A DNA stretch of 64,000 nt from Podarcis pityusensis (Eukaryota), in NCBI GenBank assembly GCA_964106645.2, contig OZ067039.1; one strand, 5' to 3'. The notes under the pieces were generated by a model that was not told where the DNA came from, did no database searches, and was given only the letters and a program-made list of their open reading frames with translations. Position numbers and translations under genes: made by a program. Of the stretch, positions 1-15,975 are shown piece by piece. Positions within the stretch are counted from its first letter, which is position 1; each line of letters begins with the position of its first letter.

Positions 1-190
1 AGCTTAATCAAAAGCACTGAATTTGCAGATAGATGCATGGTTATTTCACTGCTAAAAAGCTTGAGAAGCAGTCTGATGGAATAAATTTATTGCCAGGATA
101 AAAAAAAACATGAGTATTGCCCCCTTGCACTTGAATATGGCTTTGGAAATGCTTTGATGTAGCTGTTAAAATGCAAACATTCCCAACTGA

Positions 191-596
<406 letters not shown>

Positions 597-1335
597 TAAT
601 AGCATGTATGACTTTATTATCTACCTAGGCAAAACTAACATCTTAACTTTCTGTGGTTAGATACATCTAGCTAGTTTGTGTCGGAATAGAAAGCATATTG
701 TGTGATCAAATAAACACGCAAGGAGTTATAGCGAATACATTTTAATGACTGGCCTGGAGAAGGGGTATGAAGCTGCACAGTGGATCGCTTTTGAAATTGA
801 ACTCAATCTTTTCTGGATATATACATATAATCAGAGGCAGATTTAGGGCAGTGTAACTGGTTCCTCCACACTGGGCATGGAGCTGGAAGGGGCGTCGCAA
901 CTATGACATAGCACATGTGCGGAACAGAAGGTGAGAGGCAGGGGACACTGAATTTTGGCCTTGCACAGGGAGCCACTGAAATTTGAAAGACCAAAGTATA
1001 CCCCTGTATGCATACACACCCTCCCTGTATAGTTTCTCTCTATGTATATGGCTACTGATGGCAAAAATAGCTGGAGGCTGGTATAGTGAACAGGAGCCTG
1101 GGCTAGATAAAGAATATATTTCCCCCCTCTTGTTAGTTTATTCCTTCTTGGTTCCATCCTTGAGAACAACTGGAGGAATAGACACAAGATTACAGCAAAT
1201 AGCATCACTCAGAAGTCTTTCCTTCTGGTAACTGGTTGTCTGTGCATGCTTGTTCTTTCAGTAACTTTTAGGACTGGGTGAGCTATGCAAGATGCTCCCG
1301 TAACTATATAATGGTTGTTTTTGACAATATATTGA

Positions 1336-1605
<270 letters not shown>

Positions 1606-1662
1606 TGATTGGAAAATGTCAAAATTTTGGTACATTGACTTATCTTTGGTGAGACCACGTGA

Positions 1663-1878
<216 letters not shown>

Positions 1879-3025
1879 TAGAACTAGTGAATGTGGAAGC
1901 AATAGTGCAATGCGTGAAAAGTGACTGCTGTGGGAGCCGTCTTGTGGCTCCTCAATCTTGTAATCCAGAGAGTGATTGGCATCTGTTTGTTGTTTGGATT
2001 TAGGACCCTCCCTGCCCCCCCTCCATAGAGCAAACTCTTGTCATGTGTTGTGCCGCTATCATGCAGTGATGTCATAAGTCATTCAAAAAGGGTGGGCTTT
2101 GCTGTTCATTCTATGAAAGATAGCTTTGATTTAATGGTCATCTTCTAGAGTAGCATTCTTCAGCCTTTCCAAGCCCAGGTCCCACCTTTAATCCCAACCT
2201 GCATTTGGAGACCTGTTTTCTATTTGTATGGCGGTAGTGCTATTCATCATGACCTGAACATGCGTGAGGGTAGTTAGTCACTGGTTTCTACACTTCCTAT
2301 TTCAGATGCCTCCTAGATTTCATTCTCCAATCTCAAAATCACCATGAGCATTTTGGTCAGGGGGATGACAGCACATCTCTTCAAGTACTAAATTGCCCCT
2401 GACCCAGTATCTTCACCCACAATGGTTCTGTGGAGAAGTCTGCCCCTTTTGAGAATTGTAGCTTGTTGAACTTTCTGATGTCCAGAGCAACTCCACCTCC
2501 AGTACTCCCTTCCTTGTCCTTGGAGTTTGCGTCCACTGCCCCCCCACTGGTGCTCTCTCAGTCCACCATTCCAGCTGGCCCATCCTGGCTCAGAAACTCA
2601 GTGTAAACCCCTATACACAGCATCCTTCTCCAAATACATTTGACATGTGTTTACCCCAGGGAGCTCTCACCTCTCTGCACCCTTGTCAGTTCTACTTCTC
2701 CCCTATTTGAACCATTAAAAACATTTACCCCTCATCCCTGGGGAATGATATGTCCTGAACCAGATGATTTCTGTTGTGCCCTCTACTAAATATATCTGGA
2801 TGAGGCCCGTGTTTTAATTACGTGGAAGTAATTAAGTAACAAGGCTTCTTTTCAGCTCGCCCTGCACATTTTGCTTTAAAATCTTAGGAGGATCAGTAAA
2901 ATACGGAGGGGCAATTGAATTGTCGCATCGTTCATGCAGCCTCAAGTTGTATCTGCAGAACCCATGTCTATTGCTCTGAGCCCATATATGTACTATCTAA
3001 CAGTTGCTTTCTTTTTCTCAATTAG

Positions 3026-3149
3026 GAAAAGAAATTAATGGAGGATAGAATTGCAGAGTGTACTTCACAGCTGGCTGAAGAAGAAGAAAAGGCCAAAAAC
3101 TTAGCTAAACTCAAGAACAAGCAGGAAATGATGATCACAGATCTTGAAG
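3026..3149 (+). CDS. MYH10: MYH10 exon (124 bp; absent from ORF track)
   Basis: attag|GAA AAG ... GAA G|gttag; [41 protein letters not shown]. Confidence 0.95.
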
Positions 3150-5135
3150 GTTAGCAATTTCAAGATTTGCCATATGAAGGGACTCTCAGTAAAAGTCGAA
3201 AGTATGCTAACACTGAACGAAAAACAAGCTTATCACTGCCTTTACGTGTATCATTTTCTGGGACCAGAGGTACAATAATAGTCTTCCACAGTGTCAGTTT
3301 GGCAGCTATTAGGATTGGGCATTTGGTCAGAAAATATTTGTTTGATCAAGTATTTTTAAAGCACTAACTGTTGGAGCAATTATATTTTAATCAACTGACT
3401 TGTTACTAAATAAAATCAGTGAATTTACAAGTTGACCTATGGTCTGTCTGCTCCCATGTACATGTTTACAACCACCACCACCACCACCCAAATACAATAA
3501 AACTCAGTATAAAATAAACAAATCAACAAAATCCCACACAAACCATGAAACAGCCTTCGGAAACCAGCTTCAATACATTTTGGAATGCCTAGGGAGAAAA
3601 AAAGGTCTTCACCTGGGATTTAAAAGAAACAGGTCTGGTGCCAGGCAGGTTTCCCTGGGGAGGGTATTTAATATACAAAGGGCCCCAACCAAGAAAACAG
3701 GCAAATGTCAAACAGGGAAGGCAAACTTCATATGGCAGAGGGACTCTCAGGAGGGCTTCTTTCTTAAAAAATAAATAAATAAAAAATATAGTGAAGAGAA
3801 CAAGAATTACAAACTGAAAGTTCCCCCCTCCTTTTCCAGAACTCAAAGGCATAGTTCAGATAAAAACCATAGTTCATGCAAGCACTGAAGTGGAAAGAGG
3901 CTGAAAAGTTGCTAATATCAATATGAAAGAGAACGCTAATACATACATAAATTGTGGAATGCAGCAGGTGCAGTTTGTCCTGTAGAGTTTTTGTTCGTGT
4001 GCTGAATGAATGGCCACCAGTCTGCTATGAAAGTCTCCCTGCTCCCCCCTCCCCACTACCCGTATGTAGTTTCTGGGTCAGTTTTTCAGAAAATGCTATG
4101 TCACAAATTATGTCATACCATTTTTGTTCCTTTAAGGGGGAAGGGCTTCTGATGACAAACACGTTTTCATCCGCTTTACATTTTTTTAAAATATATATTT
4201 TTTTAAAGCAACTGTTGAACACAAGTTGGTTTTTAAAGACAAGTGTGCTAAATTGAAAGCAGGCTAGTTCTTTGGTTACCTGTTTCCCCTGCTTTTTTCT
4301 TCTATCTGCCTCAGTATGTCAACAGTATGCTCCTGACTACTGCAGGGTGAAGGGGCAAGCAGTCTTCATTCTCTGTTACTGCTGATACATAACTAAATAG
4401 AAAAGCTAAGCTGCGACCTATCCAGTGTCATATTCCCCTTCATGAAATATTTGGCAGTATTTGGTCAAATAGGAGGTCAGTGGACAACATTTGACCGGTC
4501 AGTGGGCCAACATGCTAATCCCAGCTTAACAAATAAGTTAATGAATTAATCAGGGTAAATACAGATTTTCAAATATTTGGACTTGCATCTCTTGGTATCT
4601 TGAGTATTTCATTATTACGAATGTCAGCACAAAGAAAACTATTTAGGTTAGCAGTTTGCTTTCAGCATTGCAAATGCAAAAACATGTGTTCAAATGTTCC
4701 TTTGTGTTTTCTTAATAGCCATTTTGGCTGTTGGGCACATTGTCTTAATCTGACTTTTGTCTGTGTTAAGTGGATTTTCAAAAAGAAAGAAAGCAGCATG
4801 TCCTTCATTACTGGAAAATATTGAATCTTATTCATAGGAATTGGGTATTGCTGTGTTGGCCCTATGGAATGACAAAAGAGGAGAATGTCTTTGTTTTGTA
4901 CCAACTTCTGCATTCCTAGATTGTTATGTTAGTGCAAATATCTAGGCACCTGGCATCACCAAAGCAAATTTCACTCCTATGTACAGTATACTGTTACTTA
5001 TAGAACTTCCTTCTTTCTCCTATTGGGAGACCAGAGCCATGCCAACAAGAACAGGATCCCTTCTCTCACTGGGGCATTCCAGTTTTCATACCCCTCCCCC
5101 CTTCCATACTCCGAGTTGCCTTCCAGATCCAACTG

Positions 5136-5137
<2 letters not shown>

Positions 5138-5192
<55 letters not shown>
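5138..5192. repeat. (TC)n microsatellite
   Basis: Direct reading. Confidence 0.95.
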
Positions 5193-5193
<1 letters not shown>

Positions 5194-6178
5194 GCAATTT
5201 TTTTAACATCACTATTTATGCTGCACATTAGAATACTTTCTGGAAGTTCTTAGCATTTATTTTTGCTATCTCAACTTGCTTCAAAATTGAGTTATTTTTC
5301 TTTATCCCAATGTTCTGTTTATAAAAATTCCCCCTTCTGCTTTTGGCATTTGCTGATGGATTATGTTTTGAGAAGAAATACCATTAAATATTTGCAGTGT
5401 TACACTTGCAATATCAACAGTATGTGTAACCCCCTTCTTGGATTTAGATGTGCAGTAATTTTTGGCTGTAAAACGCATACATCATAGAATTCTGACTTTC
5501 CATACACATTTACTTATTTTTGTGTCCTAATTTGGGAATAGTTTCTGCCTACAGTGCTGTGGCCACCTGACTTGATTCTGAAAGTATTACAGTTCTGACA
5601 TTTAGCTAGATAGGCTGAAATTGAGTAATAAGGATTGCAACTGACATCCGCCATATTTTTGAAGTTCATCTTGCAATTTCTTAAGCTAGTCATAGCCTTT
5701 CCTTACACTTAGTAACCTGATACTGGAAGAAAGCATAAAGGTGTCACTATATACCACTTCATTGGCAGTCCAAAATGGAAGAAAATGTCTTTTTACAGAT
5801 TCCCAAAGTGTCTTCCTTATTGTTTTTCTCCTCTGAGGCAACAGAAATCCTATAGTTAGCCTCCCAAGATCCTGGCTTAACTTAAGAGATGGATCTCTCC
5901 CAGTTCCTATTTCTTCCCTCTGCTTGGGAAGTAGACTTTCCATGAAATCTTTAGTTGAGGACCAGAAGCTTATCTTAATGCACTGAAGGTTTTGTTTTGC
6001 CTCTACCAGCAACAGTCAACAGGCAGGAGTTTTTAGTCATCTTTTTGAGACTGAGTGAGGAGATTCTATCCCCAACACAATCTCACCCAACAGGAAATTG
6101 GCACATTTCCCACCTCAGCCTCTTCTGTGACCATCAGCCATTGACTACATATTTCAGACAAGCTCCTCGGGAGAGTTA

Positions 6179-6624
6179 CCGTATTTTTCGTCCCATAGGA
6201 CGCTCTGTCCCATAGGACGCACCTAGTTTTTTTTTGGGGGGGGGGAATAAAGGAAATTCCCCCCCCTTTATTTCCCCCCCCAAACCAGGTCGGGGAAACC
6301 AAACCAGGTCGGGGAACAGCGGTATGGTGGCGCTCCGCCTCCCCGCTGTCCCCCGAGCTTGTGCGGCTGGCGCTCTGCTTCAGGGCATGCCGGGCGGCAG
6401 GCTGCTATCTGCAGCGTGGGGAGCCCTGCGGGAACTCTCGCGGGCTCCCCAGGCTTGCTGATAGCTTCCTGAAGCCTGGAGAGCAAGAGGGGTCAGTGCG
6501 CACCGACCCCTCTCGCTCTCCAAGCTTCAGTGAAAGCCTGTATTTGCCGACCCATAGGATGCACACAGATTTCCCCTCCATTTTTGGAGGGGAAAAAGTG
6601 CGTCCTATAGGGCGAAAAATACGG
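6179..6624. mobile_element. Tc1/mariner-superfamily (pogo/Tc2-like) MITE
   Basis: TA|CCGTATTTTTCGTCCCATAGGACGC ... GCGTCCTATAGGGCGAAAAATACGG|TA: terminal inverted repeats, TA target duplication, no transposase. Confidence 0.85.
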
Positions 6625-7886
6625 TACTTTTCAGTAGTGCTTTAAATAACCAACAGAGATACTAAAGAGGTTCCAAATACTTTTCAGTTTTCTATAGGAT
6701 TTCTACAACCAATAATTGTAGAGTACTTCTGGATACTCCAAAGATTCTTCAGTGGCTTTTAGCCAGATTTCTACAGTCAACTTCTTACTAGCAAATAGTT
6801 CCTTTTATTTGATACAGATGGAAACTTGTCGGTTGTGCTTTCCAGAAGCTAGAGCTAGCTGCCTGCAAGAGTCTCTTTTATAGTCTCCAGAGAGCAAAGG
6901 AGAGCGCAGAGAACCCTTTTATGCACAAGCTATGCAATCATGTTTCAGAGTAGAAACTTTTTATAAACTAAATATTCCTTAATGAAATGCATAATGCATC
7001 AGACTCAAAATGCATCAGGTTGTCATTTAAGATCCTTCTATTCCCTGCGAAGTTATTGTCTCAGCTAAGTGCTCTTTTTCTTGTCTGCACAAATGCAGGT
7101 GCACACACAGGCATAACTACCTTAGAAGTTACTGTGGAATAAATTGATGTTTTTCAGGAGCTTTTGGACAAGAGGGTTCTAATCATGGTCTCCCAGGGCT
7201 AGTCAAGTTCTGTTTCTTAGCTGGTGAACCTCTGCTCTTGTCAGAGAACAATCAGGCTTCCTTACTAAACACCTTGATTTATACTGTCATCAAGTTGTGA
7301 TTTTGGTAATAGTTTGAGGACTTTGTGGTGAGAAGTTCCTTTCCTTAAGAAGTCTGCCTCCCAGGTTCTAGAGATAGGTAGCCCAGGATATCTTGGTCCC
7401 TGGCACAGAAAAGTCAAATGGCAGTCCCATCATTGTGATAAAAACATCAATAGTCATTATTACATAAGTGACATACAGAGTTGTTCTAGTCCCAATTTTG
7501 TTGCCTTGGAAGATAGCAGAAATTAATCAGATAAGAAATGAAACATCACTGTTACTCTCTAGGGTTCATTTATGTTCTTAACAACACTGATTTTAAACCC
7601 AGACTGCATCGTTCTTCATGTTGGAAGTGTTCAAACAGAATGCTATTTGAAACATGATAATTTCCAGGAGCTCTGTCCTATGGTAGTGATCTGTAAGTTA
7701 GATGCTCTAAATGTGTACACTGAATTCTGGCATTTTCACTTGGGATTGATGCAACTCTATGCCCCTAAATCTTGAATTAGCCATTTGGTTGCCTTCATTT
7801 TTAGCAAGTTCATCCTTGGCATGCTCTCACAAGATAGCGTTTAGGAGACAAAAATTCCCCACTTACCATGATTGTTTCTCCTAAAG

Positions 7887-8058
7887 AGCGCTTGAAAAAA
7901 GAAGAAAAGACTCGTCAAGAACTGGAAAAAGCTAAAAGGAAACTGGATGGAGAAACAACTGATCTACAGGACCAAATTGCAGAGCTGCAAGCCCAGATTG
8001 AGGAGCTAAAAATCCAGCTTGCCAAGAAAGAAGAGGAGCTGCAGGCTGCTCTTGCCAG
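7887..8058 (+). CDS. MYH10: MYH10 exon (172 bp)
   Basis: taaag|AG CGC ... GCC AG|gtaga; [14 protein letters not shown]...QAALA. Confidence 0.96.
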
Positions 8059-8485
8059 GTAGAATATGCAAAGATAGTGCCAGGCTATTTGGTATTGTAG
8101 CTATTACTGCATATTTCTGCTTTGTTGGTGCTGGGGTGCCGTGTAAATTGCACACTCCACAGCCCATCCCAGTATCACATGTGTTTTTTTCTGAGCATCA
8201 CCAATTTCCTTTCATGACAGGGGAAAAAATAAAATAAAAATCAGGAGCAGCAGTGGGCCTCTGCAGATGTCAAGGAGTGTGTGTTGTCAGGTGGTGTCAT
8301 GGCATCTGCAAGGACTCAAAATCTAGTCACTGTTGCTATCAACGCCATTTGATTTCCACCTCTTATTAGATCTCCCATCTGCGACTAGATAGACAGAATC
8401 CAGTACACTGCCAAATGGTTCTTCACTGATAAGTTTTCTTGTGGAAGTCTAGAACTCCTACTTGCACTCCCAACATTATTTTTTA

Positions 8486-8535
8486 AATTTATACCCCGCC
8501 CATCTGGCTGGGTTTTCCCCAGCCACTCTGGACAG
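8486..8535 (-). mobile_element. L2 extreme 3' end fragment
   Basis: tttataccccgcccatctggctgggttttccccagccactctgg = reverse complement of the L2 tail at ~62957-63000. Confidence 0.7.
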
Positions 8536-8645
8536 TTTGTATAAAATACAATAATCTATAATACAATAATCTATTTGAATAGGTTTTTTGCAAAGCCTGG
8601 ACCCCAAGCTTCATTCTTATTCTATAAATTGTGTTGTGTTTCCAG

Positions 8646-8858
8646 AGGGGATGAGGAAGCTGTGCAGAAGAACAATGCGCTGAAATTAATACGAGAACTT
8701 CAAGCTCAAATTGCAGAACTGCAGGAGGACCTTGAATCAGAAAAGGCTTCACGAAACAAGGCTGAAAAGCAGAAGAGAGATCTAAGTGAGGAGCTGGAGG
8801 CACTGAAGACTGAGCTGGAAGATACCTTGGATACCACAGCAGCTCAACAAGAGCTCAG
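8646..8858 (+). CDS. MYH10: MYH10 exon (213 bp)
   Basis: tccag|A GGG GAT ... CTC AG|gttag; [13 protein letters not shown]...AAQQEL. Confidence 0.96.
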
Positions 8859-9203
8859 GTTAGTAGAAGATACATAACAAGGAATGTGTTCATAATGCTT
8901 TGATTCCTCATAAAGAACAAGCCCTATTCTGGTTAATCTGAATTCCTGGCTACAACTCTCTGGGAGATGTAATGATTTTGTTGAATCAAAGCAACAGTAA
9001 TGACTTACATCTGTGTAAAAACTCTCACACAGGAAGAGTTTCCAAAAGTAACGCAGCACTCCTTATATTGTAATAAACTTAGGACTGCCTCATGTCTTCT
9101 GACACAGATTAATCTCCAGTTTGGTGTTTTTTGTAACATTTAAGTGGTGGTGGCTCTCCCTTGCCACAGAAATCTGCCTTTGGGGAATAACAACTAAAAC
9201 TAA

Positions 9204-9590
<387 letters not shown>

Positions 9591-10324
9591 TGAAGGAGGG
9601 CAGGATATTCATATATTAAATAATACATTCCAACAGATGTTAATACTCTTCTTTCATAATATAACTGCACAGTGGATATGGCTGCCATTTGTCTACTTAA
9701 GTCAGTTGATCTTGCATTTTTTTTAACCAACCTATCAGCAGTTTTGAACAGAACAGCAGATAAACGTCCAATAGATTAAGGATGAAAATGCAGTAGTCTT
9801 TGCTACCTATCTCAGAAATGCAAGCTCATTTGACTTTGCTCATATGGGTGTTGCTCACAGATATGCACCTAAAAAATATAAAGTGTTAAGATTTGAGTCG
9901 TCTTGCGTCCCCTGTGGAATTGTGATCTACAGTGGCAGCTCCTGCTCCACCCTAGGTATATATTTCTGGCAAATGAGGCCTCACTTTTATTATTTAATTG
10001 CTCACATAACCATTGTTGCAACCACTGTTATAACTGTAGCCGGTAGCATGCGTGTCCGTGTCAAATTCATGCATTTGTAGACACTTCTGCAGTAAAGTGT
10101 TAAAGTTGTGTTGCAATGCAATATCTAAAGCTGTTCGGTTTCAAAAACAAATTCATATTGAACTTGAAGCAGCTAAGAATTCAAATCAGATGGCCAAACT
10201 TGTGGTTCCTCAAATGAAGAAGCCAGTGAATTTTAGTCTGAATCTAGAAAAGATATTTTTGCTGCAGGTGAAGCCTAGCTTTCATATTGCAGGTGAAGTG
10301 TAATTACCTTTCTTTTGCTTCTAG

Positions 10325-10531
10325 TTCAAATCAAATCTTGAAAAGAACAAGCAGTGCTTGGAAACAGATAACAAGGAGCTGGCCTGCGAGGTGAAGGTGT
10401 TGCAGCAGGTTAGATCTGAATCGGAGCACAAGAGGAAGAAGCTGGATGGGCAGGTACAGGAATTGCTGGCCAAGGTTGCAGAAGGAGAGAGGCTGAGGAC
10501 AGAACTTACAGAAAAATCAAGCAAACTGCAG
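10325..10531 (+). CDS. MYH10: MYH10 exon (207 bp)
   Basis: tctag|TTC AAA ... CTG CAG|gtaaa; [10 protein letters not shown]...SSKLQ. Confidence 0.96.
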
Positions 10532-12021
10532 GTAAAGATTTGGATGGGCGATTCTTTAGCTTTTTCTCACGAACTCTTGGTCAGACTACACAGTTTAGTG
10601 AACATCCTTCTAAAATGCTCCTGCTTGATACAGATGTAGTATTTTGAAAAATTGGTGTGGCATTAATGTCAGATAATAGGACGGGAGCTGCTGCTGGTAA
10701 TACTTTGTGTTACACTAGTTATCCTTTGGTGAGCACATGCAAAGTTTATGCTTTGCATTGATATGGTTCTTGAAAGTTGAAATAGTTTTAAGCTCCTGAA
10801 AAATGCAACGTTACTGTTCCTCTCGTGGCAAGGAGACTGTTTATAGAGTTCTAGTACCATTTCCCCTGTCTTGAAGTGTCCATTTTCCCCCATGCAAGTC
10901 ACATCCTGCTCAGAGAAACACTTTGAAGTTTGAGAAAGTTACTTAAACCATCAGAGTGAAAATTACTCCTCATTCTGCTCACTACAGATTGAGTAGAGTT
11001 AAAACTAAAGAATCAGTTTCTTAGGGAGGCTGTTGAAACTTTTTGTGGAAGTTTTCAATAAAAGTATTCAAAAGTTCATAAGAAATGTAGGCCTTGGGTC
11101 AGGACTATGCTCCAGGGCCTTGCATCCTTTCCGGCCATTTAGTATATAACAAACATAATGAGCAGTAAAAATGTCAGAGAGATGGTTCATGGGTGTAGAA
11201 TACTTTGGGGAAAATCTGTACCAACCAGAAACTGCTGCAATAGGCAGAGGAGAATAGTTTTAAAATTCTCTTACAGTTTATCATAACACTTTAGGACTTA
11301 TCATGAAATATATTGGAAGTGTTAAAGGACGGTATTTTATTTTATTTATTTTGCAGTCTAAGCTGCTTCAAGAAAATTCTACAGTAAAAATGTGCACAGG
11401 GTCAAACTTCTAAGTAAATTTCGAGCCTTTCAACTGCCACTTTATTTTGAAGCTGTAAAAAAACTTCACTCATGTAATACACAACTGCCCAGTCATGCAA
11501 AGAGAACTGAAACACTGTTTTCCAGCTAATTCCAGTTTACCATACTAGATTAGATCAGGTCAGGTCAGAGAACTAGAACCCTATAGGAGTTCTGTTAGCT
11601 GTGTTTGACATAGGGCAGCAGAACCAGAAGCAAGCATGCCTAAAAGGTGGATTATACAACTGGATTACTTTAAAGTAGCTGCAAAAGAAATGTCTTGTAA
11701 ATGGGTGCACTTGGGCTACTTTTGGAATCAATAGAATGCAGTTGCTGTTATCAAAGTACTTGTCAGTGTCATGGAGGAAACAAATAGCAAGATTCTCCTT
11801 AGTTCCATTGCAGTTTCTCAAATCTGCTGCATGTTCTAAAGCGAAGTCTCATGTAAATAGTCGCAGGCATAGCAATGAGACATCAGAACATAGATATTTC
11901 AAATATTGGCTTAGATGAATACTGTTATGAATATCCTATACCGAGGATGTCGCTTTGGGAAAACACATTTTCTCACAAGCAAGATGTGAGTACATTACCT
12001 CTAGATTCCTTTGCTTTGCAG

Positions 12022-12126
12022 AATGAGCTGGAGAGCGTCTCAAGTCTCCTGGAAGAAGCAGAGAAAAAAGGCATTAAATTTGCCAAAGATGCTGCCAGTT
12101 TGGAGTCTCAGCTACAAGATACGCAG
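12022..12126 (+). CDS. MYH10: MYH10 exon (105 bp)
   Basis: tgcag|AAT GAG ... ACG CAG|gtatg; [16 protein letters not shown]...LQDTQ. Confidence 0.96.
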
Positions 12127-13430
12127 GTATGTCTAAAATTCTAGAATGCACGTTTGTTTGAAATTCTTTTCTGCCATTCTATTATCCCATAAGTCAGCAA
12201 AAAAACCTATATATAAGCCAAGCAAAAATTAAAATGGAAGTACAAGGGGCTGGTTGTAGTTGTGCTCTTCTGCTCATCTAAGAAATTTTGATCCAGTGGA
12301 CACCTCAGCTAACTGAAGAGCAGGGGAGACCTTTTTTGCAGCTGCTCACCCTGCCAAACTTTGCTCTGACATATTGGAATCCTCTAGAACAATGTGGATA
12401 AAAGCTGCAGTGGGAATTGGTGAAAATCGCCTCCCCTCCTCTTTCATTAGTGGGGACCTCCACTAGATCAAAGGACTCCTGTTCATGGAAGGGCACAAGC
12501 CAATGCTGCCCTGAGTATAAATCAGTCATTATACATAAAATCAGAAGAAGAGAAGCAAATTAATTTCACCTATGAAGGCCCTGCAAAATAGAAAGGTGTT
12601 CATGGCAAGCTGGAATGCTAATAAGAGGGAAGCCAAGCTGGGCCTCCATGCAGCTGTTAGAACGGCGGCTGCTGTAGTGCAGATAATACAACTCCTGTGA
12701 ACTTACATGCCTGTTTCTGGAAGAGTTAAGGCCCAGGCATTTCTGAGCAACAGGTGTGCAGGTGACCCAAAGTGTTTTCAGATCTAGAACATGGAGCAGC
12801 ACCCTTAGATGTTCTTGGTTCATTCCTTATCTGCACAGTGGAAATAAAGGTATTCTGTCTCAAGAGTTGTGCTGAAGATGAACAAGACAAGGTTTTTAAT
12901 TGCATGCTCACATTTAAAATAATGGATTCCCTTGCAAGGATTTGTTCAAACCTTTAACACAACTTTGGACATTTTATGGCACAGGATCCCTATGTCCTTT
13001 TGATGCTTACACTTGCTTCTGAGAAGCATGATGGGTAATGCAGCAGTGGTAGCATCGCCCAGTTTCCACTGTAATGCATGACCAGCTCTGGCAATTCTTA
13101 AGTTCCCTTTTTTCGTTGTGCAATTAATGTCATTTTCCTAATGGCAGCAGTCTCATCCCGTTCCCTGACAATAAGATGCTGGGATATTTCCTCATTTTAA
13201 CGGATGACTCTTTTTGGCTGGGACCAGTTAACTGCTTTTAGATCTGTAACGATGCATCTCATTACCAAATTGTATAACAATGAGTTAATGCTTTCAGATC
13301 GCACCAGCATAAACTTGACATCCTTACCCAGCCCCGTATCATCTCACAGCAAGGAAATATCCCCATTCCATACTGAACACCACCGCGTCAGGCTAAGTTC
13401 AGATTCTCTCAGGACAAGTGATAAACATGA

Positions 13431-13673
<243 letters not shown>

Positions 13674-14181
13674 TAGACTAGTTTAAACTGAATTGGCTTT
13701 TCCTGACTCTTCATTACTGTATCTCCAGTACCGGAGCAGGGAAACGTCAGGAGCTATGAACTTTTGGCAAGGTGCACCGCTCCTGATTTCTTGCAAAGCA
13801 TTTCAAGGTTACACCAGTCTATTTACCTGTTAGCTTGGATAGTGGATGCAGCTGCCTTGGGTATTCCCACCAATTCAATACAATAAATTCAGTAAAAGTG
13901 GGTCTAGTTCACACTGCAGTAAAAACAAATGTGCAGGTAGTCTGTACTACTGCAGGTGGCAACTGACCTGAATGAAGAAATGTTTCTCCATTCTATCTGG
14001 TTCTAGCCTAGGCATCTGCTGTCCTTGTGTGTAAGCCCTCACCTGCACACAGCTTTCCAGTGAGAACCTTGCCATCTCAATGGAAAACAAGCCAACTTCC
14101 ACCTGCACAACGCATGTCTGTCTCTTTGCCAAACACAGAAAGGTCATAACGATGTTATTTTCTGTTGCTCATTAAACTCAG

Positions 14182-14430
14182 CTCGCTGATGCCAAAAAGA
14201 AGGTTGATGACGACTTGGGGACTATTGAAGGATTGGAGGAGAACAAGAAGAAACTACTGAAGGACATGGAACTTCTGAGCCAGCGTCTTGAAGAAAAGGC
14301 AATGGCGTATGATAAGTTGGAGAAGACCAAGAACCGTCTTCAGCAGGAGCTGGATGACTTAATAGTGGACCTTGATCATCAGCGCCAAATTGTTTCCAAC
14401 TTGGAGAAAAAACAGAAGAAGTTTGATCAG
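14182..14430 (+). CDS. MYH10: MYH10 exon (249 bp)
   Basis: ctcag|CTC GCT ... GAT CAG|gtatg; [11 protein letters not shown]...KQKKFDQ. Confidence 0.96.
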
Positions 14431-14638
14431 GTATGCAACTATATAAATCCTCTTGCTTTCTTCTTGATGATACATGTAGCAGTTAGCTATTATTTGCCCA
14501 GTAGATAATCTTGTTACATAGGCATTTTCATGGTCTACCTGTGAGCTGTTGTAGTATCGAAACTGGTTTTCAGCTGGCTGCTTAACTTGGGGCTTGCAGG
14601 AATCCTAATGCATTCTTGAGAAACAGGATCAATATTGA

Positions 14639-15049
<411 letters not shown>

Positions 15050-15711
15050 TGACTGAGAATGGTGCAGTACAGTTTGAACAAGTGCTTCAATGGTTGTATT
15101 TCAAATTGAACTTTGGGCAGTTGGAGCACATTCATTCTAATGTTCTGAGAAGACTTCTGGAATTCTGTATGCTTCAACAGCTGCGTGCACTGGAAGATTC
15201 TTAAAACACAAACACTCATAGTTCTAGGGTTAAAGTTGCACGTCTTTGTGGATTTTTGTCATTGTTGTAACTTCAGCTTTTACTCTCTGTTGAACATAAG
15301 AGCTCTGCATTCTCTACTATGGTAGTGTCTTCCATCCCTGTGCTCTCCAAAGGCAGAAGCAAATGTGGCATGAGCACTTGTGTGTGTGTTCTAGGTCGGT
15401 GGTTCCCAATATTTTTGGTAGGGCAGCCCACAAGTTCAAATCTACTTGGTCTGATGACCCAACAGTATATTGTCGTGTGAATTTTGGACCTCAGGTCTTG
15501 GGGGGAGGCATCATAGGCATGCATTTTATCTGCAAATTTGGCAATTTTATACCTATTACTTGAGGCATCCAAGCAAAAATCTTACTTAATGCCCCTATTA
15601 ATGTAGGATTTGTTGAAATAATTACACTACTTAAGAAGCTACTCACAGGTTGTTGTTATTTTTTAAAAAAATGGGAATGTAAGAACACTAATCATTTGAT
15701 TGCGGCTGTAG

Positions 15712-15975
<264 letters not shown>

